Shown here: piece after piece, positions 36,074-46,586 of the stretch
Position numbering within the stretch: the stretch's first letter is position 1
Layout of the letters: the number at the start of each line of letters is the position of its first letter
Assembly: GCA_003506795.1 (NCBI GenBank)
Contig: DNYO01000002.1
Location: 1-47,424 of the forward strand
From: Deltaproteobacteria bacterium
GTDB taxonomy: Bacteria > Desulfobacterota > Syntrophorhabdia > Syntrophorhabdales > Syntrophorhabdaceae
Length of the DNA stretch: 47,424 bases
Direction of reading: 5' to 3'
Made by a program: the position numbers and the translations under genes
Notes under the pieces: generated by a model
Seen by the model: the letters and a program-made list of their open reading frames with translations, nothing else
The model's database searches: none
What the model was told of the DNA's origin: nothing

Positions 36074-36735
36074 AAGTTCAATAAGAGTTTAGTTATCTCT
36101 TAGGGGATTTCTGGTACTTCGCTAAGATCCAACAATAATTTCGTCGGTTGTAGGGGCTCGTGCTTTACTTCTAGGAGGTGTGATTCTAATTCGACGAACC
36201 CATAAGTAAGTCGGGGTAGAAATGTAAATATAACGATAGCCTACCGGCTCATTATGTTCACCGCTCGGTGATGGGTACTTTTAATACTATTTATAGTTTT
36301 GCCGTGGGCGGTTAAGTACTTATTAATTATCCTTAATCGCCTTGGAGAATGATCTTCTCTCCCAAATACTTGACACTATTAAAGCGGTTGAATAGCGTTG
36401 CTACGACATCGGGGACGCGTTTTCTCGCCCTTTCTTCACGATCTTCATAGCAGAAGGCTGAAAGTAATAATCCGATTGGTTGATGGGCTTCTCTTTGATG
36501 ATCAGAAGATGGGCTTGTTCAGTTGGAATTGCATAAACTTACCGAATAATAATTGCTCTTTGTTTGATCAATTATAAAGTAATAAACGAGGCAAAAAATA
36601 ACTTAAAGCTAATCGGGCAAGTCTTCTGCCCGCACAAGGCCCTGCGGAATATTCTCGGAGACTCAAAGGAGGGTGTTTAGCGATCGGGTTAATCGCGACA
36701 GAGGGCACCATTATCATAATGAATAAAGGGAAGGA

Positions 36736-37677
36736 ATGCGGGTGAAAACTGCCTTAATCACGGGCTCAAGTGGATTTAGTGCGAGTCACCTGGTTGCCCG
36801 ACTGAGGCGTGAGGACCCCCTGCGTGTTATTGGCGTCGATTGGTTAACCCCCACTCAGTCGATTTGCGCTGTTGATGAACGATTCCGTCTCGACCTTGGC
36901 GAGGGCGATAAAGTTAAGAGGCTTGTAAAGAAGATCAAGCCGAATCTTATTTTTCACCTTGCTGGTATACAACATGGGGAAGCAAAAGATGTCTACCGAA
37001 CTAACGTCCTCGGCACTATCCACCTACTTGAGGCTGTTAGGAAGGAGTGTCCCTCGGCGGGTATACTAATAATAGGATCTGCAGCCGAATATGGATTAGT
37101 AAATTCATGTGAGCTACCGGTTGTGGAAACAACGCCGTGTCGGGCTCAAGGGGCCTATGGTCTGAGCAAACAGGTTTCAACGATGATAGGGCTCGACTAT
37201 GCAAGGTGTGCTGGGCTCAAAGTGGTCGTCGCTCGCCCTTTCAATATCATTGGGGTCGGAATGCCGGAGAGCCTCTTCGCGGGTGCCATTTTAGCACGGG
37301 CAAGGATGGCTCTAAACCATTCAGGGGAGGCTGTGATCAAGGTGGGGAACCTCGAAAGCCAGCGGGACTTCATCGCTGTGGAGGATGCAGTCGATGCATA
37401 TGTTCGTATGATTTCAGGTTGTTTCTGGGGCGAGATATTCAACATCTGCTCCGGCCACCCGCTGAAAATGGGCGATTTGGCTAAGATGTTGTTATCCCAT
37501 TCTTCGCGTCCTATCAGACTTGAAACAAATCCCGCACTAGTGCGTGAGGGAGAGGTGAACGTCATCTACGGAAGCGGCGAGAAGGCTCGTAGGGCATTTG
37601 GATTTGTTCCGTCGGTCGGCGTCAAAGAGACCGCGAAGCGGATGTGGTACTCGTCCTTGGCGGGGAAACCCTTATGA
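36736..37677 (+). CDS. NAD-dependent sugar epimerase/dehydratase/reductase (extended SDR)
   Basis: ALITGSSGFSASHL Rossmann-like motif, catalytic YGLSKQV, and the RBS-like GGGAAGGA directly upstream. It is the first gene after a 660-bp AT-rich spacer. Confidence 0.8.
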   Translation: MRVKTALITGSSGFSASHLVARLRREDPLRVIGVDWLTPTQSICAVDERFRLDLGEGDKVKRLVKKIKPNLIFHLAGIQHGEAKDVYRTNVLGTIHLLEAVRKECPSAGILIIGSAAEYGLVNSCELPVVETTPCRAQGAYGLSKQVSTMIGLDYARCAGLKVVVARPFNIIGVGMPESLFAGAILARARMALNHSGEAVIKVGNLESQRDFIAVEDAVDAYVRMISGCFWGEIFNICSGHPLKMGDLAKMLLSHSSRPIRLETNPALVREGEVNVIYGSGEKARRAFGFVPSVGVKETAKRMWYSSLAGKPL

Positions 37678-39340
37678 GCTTTGCCGTTTCGATGGCTCAC
37701 CAATTGCGGTGGTCCAGACAATAGGCCTAGCCCCGGGGCTATCCAAGGCTGGAGAAACCACAAGAAGGTAATATCTAAACTCAAATCTTTGGTTGCGCAT
37801 CCATTCGTCACGTGCGACTTAAGGGAGGATGGTTGGCGTTTATCACAGCTAGCCAAAGATCAAAGCGATCATTGATTAGAATACCATTCAAATGGATCTG
37901 TTACTATACGTTGGAGGCCGGGCCATTAACGTCTACTTGAGCGACTTCATTCAGTATGCGACGAATGCATTATGCGGTAGTTTGTTGAGGGCAAGTTGTA
38001 TCTATAAAATCTTGACGCGCTTATCCTTCCAATCGGCCGAGATTGTCTTTGATAATGGCGAATACCCAAATATGAGAGCCCGAGAACTGGCCCCCATGTG
38101 CTGCATCGAATCCGTGCTCCTCGGCATCGATTTAGTTCGGTTTTTCCCAACCTTGGAGCACGAATGATCGGTAAGCGGAGCTTGCGCAAGGGGTCTCATG
38201 TGCGGCTATCACAACTAGTGCCTCGTTAGATAACTCGCCGTAATCCAACAGACCGCGTCGGATTTCGTTATAGCATTTCCATTAAGCGGCCGCCTTTAAT
38301 GCAAGGCTAAAGCTCAAGCAGATGAAGTGACGAGTGCCAGATTGAGGAGCGAGTAATGTTTTTTGTAGGCGTCGCTAGTAAAATATTTCGAGAGAGTCTA
38401 CATTTCGGGGATACCCTCATGTCGATAGATGATGGGATGACTTCCTCCATGCTAGAGGACACAATCTGCGGATTGTTCCCCATCCTTCCCGAGTTCCTAC
38501 TAAATTGGGAAAGGTTTTATCCCGCCTGTCACTGGGCTTTTCAAAAGTGTTCCGCTTATAACTCGAAACATGTACCTCCTGACCATGGGCCTCAGAGGAA
38601 CTTCACAGCCGGAGGGTTTACAAGCCTAGCTGCATACAAAGCGGAAGCATGAGGTGGTCCGGTGGCATCCGGGTTCGATCATTACTGCAAGGCGCACATC
38701 TTTAATCTATAGGGATGCATGAGTTGTGTGCAGGTCTCTGAATTGCGTTCCTTAACGATTGCGGGCACAAGAGGAACAAGTCCCTTTTGATGTTGCGTAA
38801 TTAAAGTCAAGTTGCTAGGGAATTTCCCGAGAGGAGTACGCTTTCTCCGGAAGACGGATTTCAACCGGTGTTTGCTCCAATTTAGGACCTTGCTTGGGAA
38901 GCGGGTCTGTTTGGGCTGTGCGTCGGGGTACCGGTATCGCTGGATATAAGGGATGTGTGATTAGAAATCTTTATGGATACCGCGCCGAGGCCAAAACATA
39001 CGTTAGCAATTGAGGCCTAACGTCAATTTATCGAAAAGCGCGAAGAGCTTGCAAGGTGACATTAGCTTTAGCCGGAATCACTAGCCTGTTTGTAGAATGG
39101 GCGCGTCGTGTGGGGCTAATCTGAAAAGAGCGAAAAATAGTTTTTGATATGAGTTGTGCGGTGATACCACCATCACCTGTCGATAAGAGCCAAACCGGTC
39201 TTTGTTGGAATGAGCTCGGCATCGATCCTGAAAAATCGATTCATAGTCTACTTATCTGGTAAGATCAGGCCAAAGTTTGATCCTGATACAATCAAAAAAC
39301 ACCATGCCTATTGGCAAGAGGTGGGGCTTGAGGTGCGCCT

Positions 39341-40468
39341 ATGAGACTACTTATCTGCATGCCGCATTATTCCCCTTGGGCACAGCACTTGGCCGTTATG
39401 TTGCAGTCATTTGGTCACGAAGTGCATATCTTCGATTTTGTGGATACATCTAATTCAGGCTATGTTAACAGCAAGATTTCAGGTATTGTTTCCGATTTTG
39501 AAAGGTTCAAAACGCAAGTCTCAGGGATTCACTTGGCTTGTCCTCCACTCAAGAGCAAGTTGTGGTATGCATTGTATGTTCGCCGTTTCGCTCGGCTGGC
39601 CCGGGAAATCCAAGCGGAGATGGTTCTTACGCTTTACGGCGGCTGGTTTGCGCTACTGGCCTATTTGAGCGGCGTGCGCCCTTACTGCGTATATGTTGTG
39701 GGCAGTGATATACTGCTTTCAGGGCCCGTAAAAAGAAGAATCAACCGAGTGACGCTCAAGGCGGCATCCCGCGTTTTTGCAAATGGCGAGTATCTGGCAG
39801 CAAAGGCACAGAAACAAGCTCCTCGTGCTTGGATCGAGCCCCTCCTCATCGGTATCAATACGAGGGCGTTTCAACTGGCGAGCCCGCCTTCTGGTCCAGT
39901 ACAGTTAATTTGCACAAGAGGGTTCCAGCCTATCTACAACAACGAGGCCATCCTTCGAGCGGTGGCGCGCTTCCCGAGCGAGGCCCCGGAGTTTCGCCTT
40001 GTCTTTACGTCGGGCGGCGAAGGAATTCGAGGAGCTAGCTCTCTGGCGGATAAACTCATTCGGCCGGATCTGCGGGGACGAATCGAGTTCTGGGGCGGCG
40101 TCTCATACGCTCGTATCGTCGAGGGTCTGCACAATTCCCATGTCTTCGTCTCTCTCTCCCGCTCCGATGGAACTGCAACATCTCTTCTTGAAGCACTTGC
40201 CTGTGGTCTTTACCCAGTGCTCTCGGACATTCCGCAGAACAGAGAATGGGTGAGTGAGGAGGCAGCCAACGGCAGGCTCGTGACGTTGGACGACGATGCG
40301 CAACTTGCCGACGCGCTCCTCTATGCTATCCGCATTTCGTGCGAGGGAAGGCGGCATGCGGAATTAAACCGCGCGTTGGTACATGCAAGGGCTGATGCCG
40401 AGGCAAACCAGCGTAGATTGGCAAAAGCACTTGAAGTGGCGCGTGCATCTTTTAGCCGGATTCGATAA
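39341..40468 (+). CDS. GT4/GT1-type glycosyltransferase
   Basis: MRLLICMPHYSPW… N-terminus, and C-terminal SLSRSDGTATSLLEALACGLYPVLSDIPQNREWV…NGRLV (E-x7-E-like region). Confidence 0.75.
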   Translation: MRLLICMPHYSPWAQHLAVMLQSFGHEVHIFDFVDTSNSGYVNSKISGIVSDFERFKTQVSGIHLACPPLKSKLWYALYVRRFARLAREIQAEMVLTLYGGWFALLAYLSGVRPYCVYVVGSDILLSGPVKRRINRVTLKAASRVFANGEYLAAKAQKQAPRAWIEPLLIGINTRAFQLASPPSGPVQLICTRGFQPIYNNEAILRAVARFPSEAPEFRLVFTSGGEGIRGASSLADKLIRPDLRGRIEFWGGVSYARIVEGLHNSHVFVSLSRSDGTATSLLEALACGLYPVLSDIPQNREWVSEEAANGRLVTLDDDAQLADALLYAIRISCEGRRHAELNRALVHARADAEANQRRLAKALEVARASFSRIR

Positions 40469-40911
40469 TCCTATTACATTTAAGGTTTGTAATAACTATG
40501 GGGCCGATGCTCTGGTGGCTCTGATCCAAAGAATAGCGCTACCGGGCGGCGGTCTTTTCCTTTCTGCTTTCATATCAAGGCCATGGGGAGGACTAGTGCA
40601 CGTCCCCAATTTGATTATTTCCTCGTAGAGCACATAATATGTGCCCAATGCGACGCCAGAGTAGTCCGACTTGCCGTTTTGCCGGGAGGACAACGCGAAT
40701 AGCAGCAATCTATCAAGGCGTTCGCTTTCAAGGACCGCATTCTACGACGGGAGTAGCTGTTATTTCGCTCTTGATTTTTGCCTGAAGCCGGCGTTCAGGA
40801 GGGCGGTTTCGCTCATGGCAACTGATACCTTCCTCCCGGGTCTGCATGCCCTCTTGCGTCTGAGAGCATCTGCGCGTAGCCAACTGCAAGGCAGCCAGCC
40901 GGGAAAGGCTC

Positions 40912-42240
40912 TTGTCGGCCTCCCAATGGGGGGTTGCGAGGTCGGTTTGCGTTGTCCCGATAGAGGGGAAGGCTATAAGTAGGATCTGGCTGATTACCAC
41001 AGGCGAGCCCCTGCCGCTGGAGGCGGAGCGTCCGCATCGCACGGGCATGCTTGCGAACAAATTGGTCGATGCGGGACACGATGTAACATGGTGGACGACT
41101 ACGTTCGATCATCAAACAAAGTCCTTTCTGTACCGACGGGACTCCCGTCTTTCCTTGAGAGCCGGGGTGGAGCTTGTCCTTCTACACGGCAGGACACCAT
41201 ACTGGAGGAACGTATCGGTTAGGCGGTTGATCAATCACATTCAGGTGGCCCGATCATTCAGGTGTCGGGCAGCATTGGCACCAAGACCCGATGTCATCGT
41301 GTGCTCATTCCCCACCATAGATTTAAGCCGTGAGGCGGTTCGGTTCGGCCGCGCCCGCCAAGTGCCCGTCGTCATCGATGTTCGTGACTTGTGGCCGGAT
41401 ATTTTCGTATTTCCCTTTCCGCCGCCGTTCCGCAGTCTTGTCCGGACCGCGCTTATTCCATATTTCTGCTGGACAAAGGAAGTCTTTTCTAATTGCGATG
41501 CTATCGTTGCTGTATCCAGTTTTTACCTCGATTGGGGTCTACGGAATGGAAAACGTACTCACACTCCGAGTGAGCGTGTCTTTCCTTTGGGATACCCCCC
41601 TCCTGAGACTCGTTTAGGCAATCTTGACGAGCAGAAGGCGTATTTTACGCAACAGGGCATCAATCCGGCGAAGAAAACGGTCTGGTTTGTCGGGACTTTC
41701 GGACGCACCTATGACCTTCTGCCCATAATCGAGTGTGCACGAAGCATGAAGGACAACCGAAACGTTCAATTCGTCATCACGGGCGATGGCGAGAAGCGAA
41801 GACTCTGGCAGAATGCAGCGAGTGGTCTGGATAATGTCTTCTTCACCGGTTGGGTAAGTGGAGATAAATTGGAGTATCTAATGCGCCTGGCGACAGTGGG
41901 CCTTATGACTTATGCGCCAGATGCACCGCAGGGGTTGCCGAATAAGATATTCGAGTACATGGCGGCTGGACTGCCGATTCTATCCTCCCTGCGCGGTGAG
42001 ACGCGTAAGTTATTGGAATATCACCGAATTGGTTTCACTTATGATCCACAAGATCCTGCAGACGCGCTCGCAAAACTCCGCGTTATGATATCCGACTCGA
42101 CGTTGTCCCAAGAGATGGGAGAGAAAGCACGGAGACTCTTCGAGAGCGAGTTTTCAGCTGATCGGGTCTATGGTCAGTACGCAGAATATATCCGAGAGGT
42201 TGCTCTGAATGGACCCAAGCCCACCCCGCATAGGCTGTAG
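40912..42240 (+). CDS. GT4-family glycosyltransferase (WbuB/WcaI-like)
   Basis: RIWLITTGEPLPLE…HRTGMLANKLVDAGHDVTWWT N-terminal domain, and C-terminal GLPNKIFEYMAAGLPILSS. The only in-frame start upstream of the conserved core is TTG 40912, which gives a ~22-aa extension, so the start is uncertain. Confidence 0.75.
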   Translation: MSASQWGVARSVCVVPIEGKAISRIWLITTGEPLPLEAERPHRTGMLANKLVDAGHDVTWWTTTFDHQTKSFLYRRDSRLSLRAGVELVLLHGRTPYWRNVSVRRLINHIQVARSFRCRAALAPRPDVIVCSFPTIDLSREAVRFGRARQVPVVIDVRDLWPDIFVFPFPPPFRSLVRTALIPYFCWTKEVFSNCDAIVAVSSFYLDWGLRNGKRTHTPSERVFPLGYPPPETRLGNLDEQKAYFTQQGINPAKKTVWFVGTFGRTYDLLPIIECARSMKDNRNVQFVITGDGEKRRLWQNAASGLDNVFFTGWVSGDKLEYLMRLATVGLMTYAPDAPQGLPNKIFEYMAAGLPILSSLRGETRKLLEYHRIGFTYDPQDPADALAKLRVMISDSTLSQEMGEKARRLFESEFSADRVYGQYAEYIREVALNGPKPTPHRL

Positions 42241-42855
42241 TATAATCTGGATGATGCTGCGTACATTCGGATGCGTAGCGCGCAAGGCCTAATAGAAAAC
42301 ATCGGCCTAATGAAACGTGCAATCGACTTAGTTATCTTAAACACGCTCCAATATCCGTGTCCACCAGAAACATGTTGGCGGGAAAATATTTTTACTAACC
42401 AACTCGGGCAAAAAGGTTACCCGGTATGGGTGTTGCTCAACGTTGGGAAGAATGCTCGGCACTGAATGAAAGCCCCCTTAGAGCTGTATGATGATTATTG
42501 TGGTTATTAAGGAAGGAGTATCCATATATCCTTAACGCTAATATGACTTTATTCTAACGATCAAAAATATGGTCATCGAGTACTTGAGTGTTAGGCTGCT
42601 TGCTCTGGCTATAAAGAACTGGGGAGTTCGGAGCGGGCTTCTATCCTTAGCAATCGGGTATCCAGAAGGACTCACAGCCAACCTGGTTTGTGTTGCTGAA
42701 GGCAGTCTACTTCTAAATGAACTAATCCGCAATGCGGAAAGCGCTTACAAATAATCGTTCCAAACAGAAAAGGTATCTACCGCCATTATGAAACGTCTCC
42801 ACCGGGCGTGGCAAGACCACGGAAGTGTCAGCGGTGGCTTAAGGAGGTAATCGCA

Positions 42856-43767
42856 ATGGGAGATCGTAGTATTTGGTTTAAGGGTCGAATGGTTGAAACT
42901 AAAGACGCAAAAGTCGCCGCGTTGTCGCCTACAGCACAGTTCGGCTTGAACGTCTTTGAGGGCATTCGTGCTTACTGGAACGACAGTCTGAGACAACTTT
43001 ACGCTTTTCGCCTTAAGGAGCACTTTGACCGCTTGGCGCGGTCAAGCAAACTACTGGGCATCGAATGTCGCTATGGGGCCGACGATATGAGAAAGAACAT
43101 CATTGATACAGTAAGATACAATGAGTACAAGGAGGACATCGCCATCCGCATGACGGTCTTCATCGATGGAGAAGGCTCATGGACCTCCACGGATCCCTCT
43201 GATATGTTCATTGCGCCAATCCGGAAGCCCAGGACGGACACGAACAGAGTTAAAGGCCTTACTTCTTGCGTATCAACCTGGCGACGCATCGGCGACAATA
43301 ATCTCCCGCCACGAGTCAAAGCAGGGGCCAACTACATTAACGGGCGTTACGCCCACCTCGAGGCGAAACGTAATGGATACGACCTTCCCATCCTTCTCAA
43401 TGCGGAGGGCAAGGTGGCGGAGGGCGCAGGTTCGTGCCTGTTTCTTGTGTGCAACGGGGTGTTAACTACTCCTACTTTAACTTCATCAGTTCTTGAAAGT
43501 ATTACCAGGGCAACGCTGCTCGAAATAGCCGAGAAAATGGGAATCAAGACGGCCGTTAGAGAAATTGACCGAACCGAGTTATATATGGCTGAGGAGTTGT
43601 TCCTGTGTGGAACTGCTGCGGAGGTCACTCCCATTGTTTCTGTGGACCGTCTAATCGTTGGGAACGGGGGCACTGGCCCAATAACAATGTCTCTGTTGAA
43701 AAGATACCTGGCCATTGCGAGTAACGAGGATTCCTCCCGCCCTGATTGGCTAACTGCACTTTATTAA
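42856..43767 (+). CDS. class IV (fold-type IV) PLP aminotransferase, branched-chain/D-amino-acid aminotransferase family
   Basis: IWFKGRMVETKDAKVAALSPTAQFGLNVFEGIRAY matches the IlvE/Dat-type N-terminus. A strong RBS AAGGAGG (42841-42847) lies 8 nt before ATG 42856. Confidence 0.8.
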   Translation: MGDRSIWFKGRMVETKDAKVAALSPTAQFGLNVFEGIRAYWNDSLRQLYAFRLKEHFDRLARSSKLLGIECRYGADDMRKNIIDTVRYNEYKEDIAIRMTVFIDGEGSWTSTDPSDMFIAPIRKPRTDTNRVKGLTSCVSTWRRIGDNNLPPRVKAGANYINGRYAHLEAKRNGYDLPILLNAEGKVAEGAGSCLFLVCNGVLTTPTLTSSVLESITRATLLEIAEKMGIKTAVREIDRTELYMAEELFLCGTAAEVTPIVSVDRLIVGNGGTGPITMSLLKRYLAIASNEDSSRPDWLTALY

Positions 43768-43784
43768 TAATGTGCCGGAGCGAG

Positions 43785-44432
43785 ATGACGAGACAGCGCA
43801 TAAAAATATCACCCGCCAAAACGATGCCATATGGAGGGGTGAAGCGCTCCTTGGATATTCTTATCGCAATTATTCTGATAATCCCTTTCGGGGTGATAGT
43901 TCTCTTTGCTGCCATACTTATTAAACTGGGCTCACCAGGCCCGGTTCTATTTGCGCAAAAAAGACTTGGTCGCAATGGCCGACCCTTCACAATGTTAAAG
44001 TTTCGGACCATGGTTACTAACGCAGAGCAGATGCCTGAAGGGCTATTCAGTTACGCCGACGATCCTCGCGTTACATGGATAGGAAGGAGGTTGCGTGCGA
44101 CCAGTATCGATGAATTGCCGCAACTCATAAACGTGCTCTGTGGAGACATGTCGGTCGTTGGTCCACGCCCACCTGTAACCAATGAGCTTGGTGATTATGA
44201 TAACTTAACGGAAGAAAGAAAGATTCGCTTTATGGTCAAGCCAGGTATAACTGGGCTCGCTCAGGTTTCAGGACGGAATTATCTTGACTGGTCGAAAAAA
44301 ATTATTTATGACAACTGCTATATCGAAAATTTTCGACGGCGGGGCATATTTGAGGACTTGAGGATATTAATGCTCACCCTAGGCGTGGTAATTAATATGA
44401 AAGGTATTATCGAGCGGAAACCAGAGGTGTAA
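43785..44432 (+). CDS. initiating phosphoglycosyltransferase, small monotopic Bac_transf family (PglC/WbaP C-terminal type)
   Basis: KRSLDILIAIILIIPFGVIVLFAAILIKLGSPGPVLFAQKRLGRNGRPFTMLKFRTM…DELPQLINVLCGDMSVVGPRP. The start is uncertain between 43770, 43785 and 43824; GGAG precedes 43785. Confidence 0.85.
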   Translation: MTRQRIKISPAKTMPYGGVKRSLDILIAIILIIPFGVIVLFAAILIKLGSPGPVLFAQKRLGRNGRPFTMLKFRTMVTNAEQMPEGLFSYADDPRVTWIGRRLRATSIDELPQLINVLCGDMSVVGPRPPVTNELGDYDNLTEERKIRFMVKPGITGLAQVSGRNYLDWSKKIIYDNCYIENFRRRGIFEDLRILMLTLGVVINMKGIIERKPEV

Positions 44433-44434
44433 TT

Positions 44435-45679
44435 ATGGTGCTTTGGGACGAGGCCGAGCGAACAGCAGCGGAATATGGCGATAGCTTTTATATATACGAT
44501 GAGGAGCGTTTCGTAGGGAACTTTAAAGCCCTTGAGCGTGCCTTTGCGGAGCAATATGAGCCGACGCATCTAGCCTATTCTTATAAAACGAACTACACGC
44601 CTGACATTTGCAAAATGGTCAATCAGCTTGGAGGGTACGCTGAAGTCGTATCCGATATGGAGTATGTGCTAGCAGGAAAGCTCGGCGTTGATGGAAAGAG
44701 AATCATCTACAACGGGCCCTACAAAACTGCCCCGTCGCTGCGCAGCGCCCTCTTCTCTGGCTCGATCATCAATATCGATTCATTAAGTGACCTCGATATT
44801 GTTATGCAAATTGCATCCGAGCATCAGGATCGAGACTTTACTCTTTCCGTTCGCTGCAATTTCACGCTGGATGGGAAGTTGGACTCACGGTTTGGACTAG
44901 ATGTCGAGGGGAAAGAATTTAAAGAAGTGATAGGGCGATTGAGTAGAGGAAGGAACACGCGACTGGTCGGATTGCACTGCCATTATCCAAATAGAGATTT
45001 GACTTCCTTCGCCACGCGAGCCCGGAAGATGCTCGATTTGGCGCGTGCGATATTCACAGAGCCACCCGACTTCCTAGATATTGGCGGCGGATTCTATGGA
45101 GAGATGCCCGATGAACTGAAGTCGAAGCTATCGGTCGTGCCAGCCACCTTTGCGGATTATGCGTCGCTAATAGGAGGCCTCTTTAGAGACGCCTATCCGA
45201 AGCCCGGCGTGAGGCCAACGCTGGTAATCGAGCCGGGAACAGCGCTCGTAGCGAATACGTTTAGCTTCGTAGCCAAGGTCGTTGGAGCTAAAACCGTCCG
45301 CGGTCGGCGAATTATGACTGTGGCTGGAAGTATTTTCAATATAAGTCCAAATACGCGATCGGGCAATCTGCCGGTGACCGTGTTAAGGCGAAAGGCGCTT
45401 GAGGACGTGACGGCGAGTTATGGGCCGGTTGATATTGCAGGGTACACATGTATTGAAAATGACTACTTGACCAAGTCATATGGGGGCGCTCTGGATGTGG
45501 GTGATTACGTAAAATACGACAACATAGGCTCGTATTCCATAGTGATGAAGCCTCCGTTTATTTTTCCAAATGCGCCCATTTTGAAGAAGGTTAGCAATGG
45601 CAGGGACTACGTGCTGATCAAGGAGCGGGAGCCTTATGATTACATCTTCGAGAATTTCCGAGGGCTGAAATGGACCTAA
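44435..45679 (+). CDS. PLP-dependent decarboxylase, fold-type III (Orn/DAP/Arg decarboxylase family)
   Basis: SFYIYDEERF…LAYSYKTNY (Lys region), FLDIGGGF, VIEPGTALVANT and GYTCIENDYL motifs in the family order. RBS AGAGG lies 6 nt upstream. Confidence 0.75.
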   Translation: MVLWDEAERTAAEYGDSFYIYDEERFVGNFKALERAFAEQYEPTHLAYSYKTNYTPDICKMVNQLGGYAEVVSDMEYVLAGKLGVDGKRIIYNGPYKTAPSLRSALFSGSIINIDSLSDLDIVMQIASEHQDRDFTLSVRCNFTLDGKLDSRFGLDVEGKEFKEVIGRLSRGRNTRLVGLHCHYPNRDLTSFATRARKMLDLARAIFTEPPDFLDIGGGFYGEMPDELKSKLSVVPATFADYASLIGGLFRDAYPKPGVRPTLVIEPGTALVANTFSFVAKVVGAKTVRGRRIMTVAGSIFNISPNTRSGNLPVTVLRRKALEDVTASYGPVDIAGYTCIENDYLTKSYGGALDVGDYVKYDNIGSYSIVMKPPFIFPNAPILKKVSNGRDYVLIKEREPYDYIFENFRGLKWT

Positions 45680-46512
45680 TCTACATTACCAACGTTCCCC
45701 TGCGAGCCATTGTTGCACAGCGCGCCGGGGTTGACAGGGTGATGGTCGACCTGGAGATAATTGGCAAAAAGGAGAGGCAGGGAAATCTAGATACTGTTAT
45801 ATCTAACCATAATCTCCGTGACGTTGAGGAGATGAGGGCCATCTTAAAGACAAGCAATTTGATGGTCCGCATAAACCCCATTCACGATAATTCCAATGAG
45901 GAAATAACTCGAGTCATAAGATTAGGTGCGGAAATCGTCATGTTGCCAATGTTTAGGAGGGTCGCTGAGGTTCGTGACTTCGTAAGGATGGTGAGCGGGA
46001 GAGCGAAGACTTGCCTTCTCCTTGAAACTGGGAGCGCCCTGGCACGGGCTCGGGAAATTCTTGGCCTCGATGGCATAGACGAAGTATTTATTGGTTTAAA
46101 CGACCTCCACTTGGAGTTAAAGCTCGACTTTATGTTCGAGGTACTTGCCGGTGGCCTGATAGATTACTTGGCATCTATCCTGCGTGACAAGAAATGCAAG
46201 TTCGGTTTCGGAGGCGTTGCAAGGATTGGGAAAGGCAAGCTCAAGTCAGAGTTGGTCTTATCGGAGCATCGGCGCCTGGGGTCCTCGCTGGTCATCTTAT
46301 CGAGAGACTTTAACCGACTGTTTGAGAGCGAGAACGAAGATATTGCGTCTCGCCGTTTCGCTGATGATGTTCGAGCTATACGAACACGAGTATCAGAACT
46401 TAAGAATGCCGATGTGTTTGAACTGCAAAGAAATGCAGAAGAATTGAAAAGATCAGTTCGCGAGATCGTGAGCGGGAGTGAACTGGACCCACATAATGGA
46501 GCAGGGCATTAA
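45670..46512 (+). CDS. HpcH/HpaI aldolase / citrate-lyase-beta-like TIM-barrel protein
   Basis: VDRVMVDLE…MVRINP…RLGAEIVMLPMFRRVAEVRDFV…LLLETGSALARAREILGLDGIDEVFIGLNDLHLEL fits the family's metal-binding E…D pattern. It overlaps the decarboxylase stop by 10 nt. This is assigned by eye only. Confidence 0.55.
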   Translation: MDLIYITNVPLRAIVAQRAGVDRVMVDLEIIGKKERQGNLDTVISNHNLRDVEEMRAILKTSNLMVRINPIHDNSNEEITRVIRLGAEIVMLPMFRRVAEVRDFVRMVSGRAKTCLLLETGSALARAREILGLDGIDEVFIGLNDLHLELKLDFMFEVLAGGLIDYLASILRDKKCKFGFGGVARIGKGKLKSELVLSEHRRLGSSLVILSRDFNRLFESENEDIASRRFADDVRAIRTRVSELKNADVFELQRNAEELKRSVREIVSGSELDPHNGAGH

Positions 46513-46586
46513 AGCGGAAAGAGCTGAGTTTAGAACGTGATAAGCGCTTCGAGAATACTGACTCTTTTCCATCTAGTGTGGGCTGA

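Noticed and set aside
36307-36316. Second ops-like string GGCGGTTAAG in the AT-rich spacer
   Set aside because: It has an extra T relative to GGCGGTAG and lacks the downstream TG, so it does not meet the consensus.
38002-38199. Weak GT-like E…G..P trace on the minus strand within the 1.66-kb gap
   Set aside because: The match is too degenerate and is interrupted by stops. I cannot support a pseudogene call without a database search.
45670-46512. TIM-barrel protein considered as PEP mutase, which would suggest a phosphonate (2-AEP) route via phosphonoalanine
   Set aside because: It lacks the EDK…N-type PEP-mutase motifs I recall. Instead it fits the HpcH/HpaI E…D pattern (LLETGS…GLNDL).
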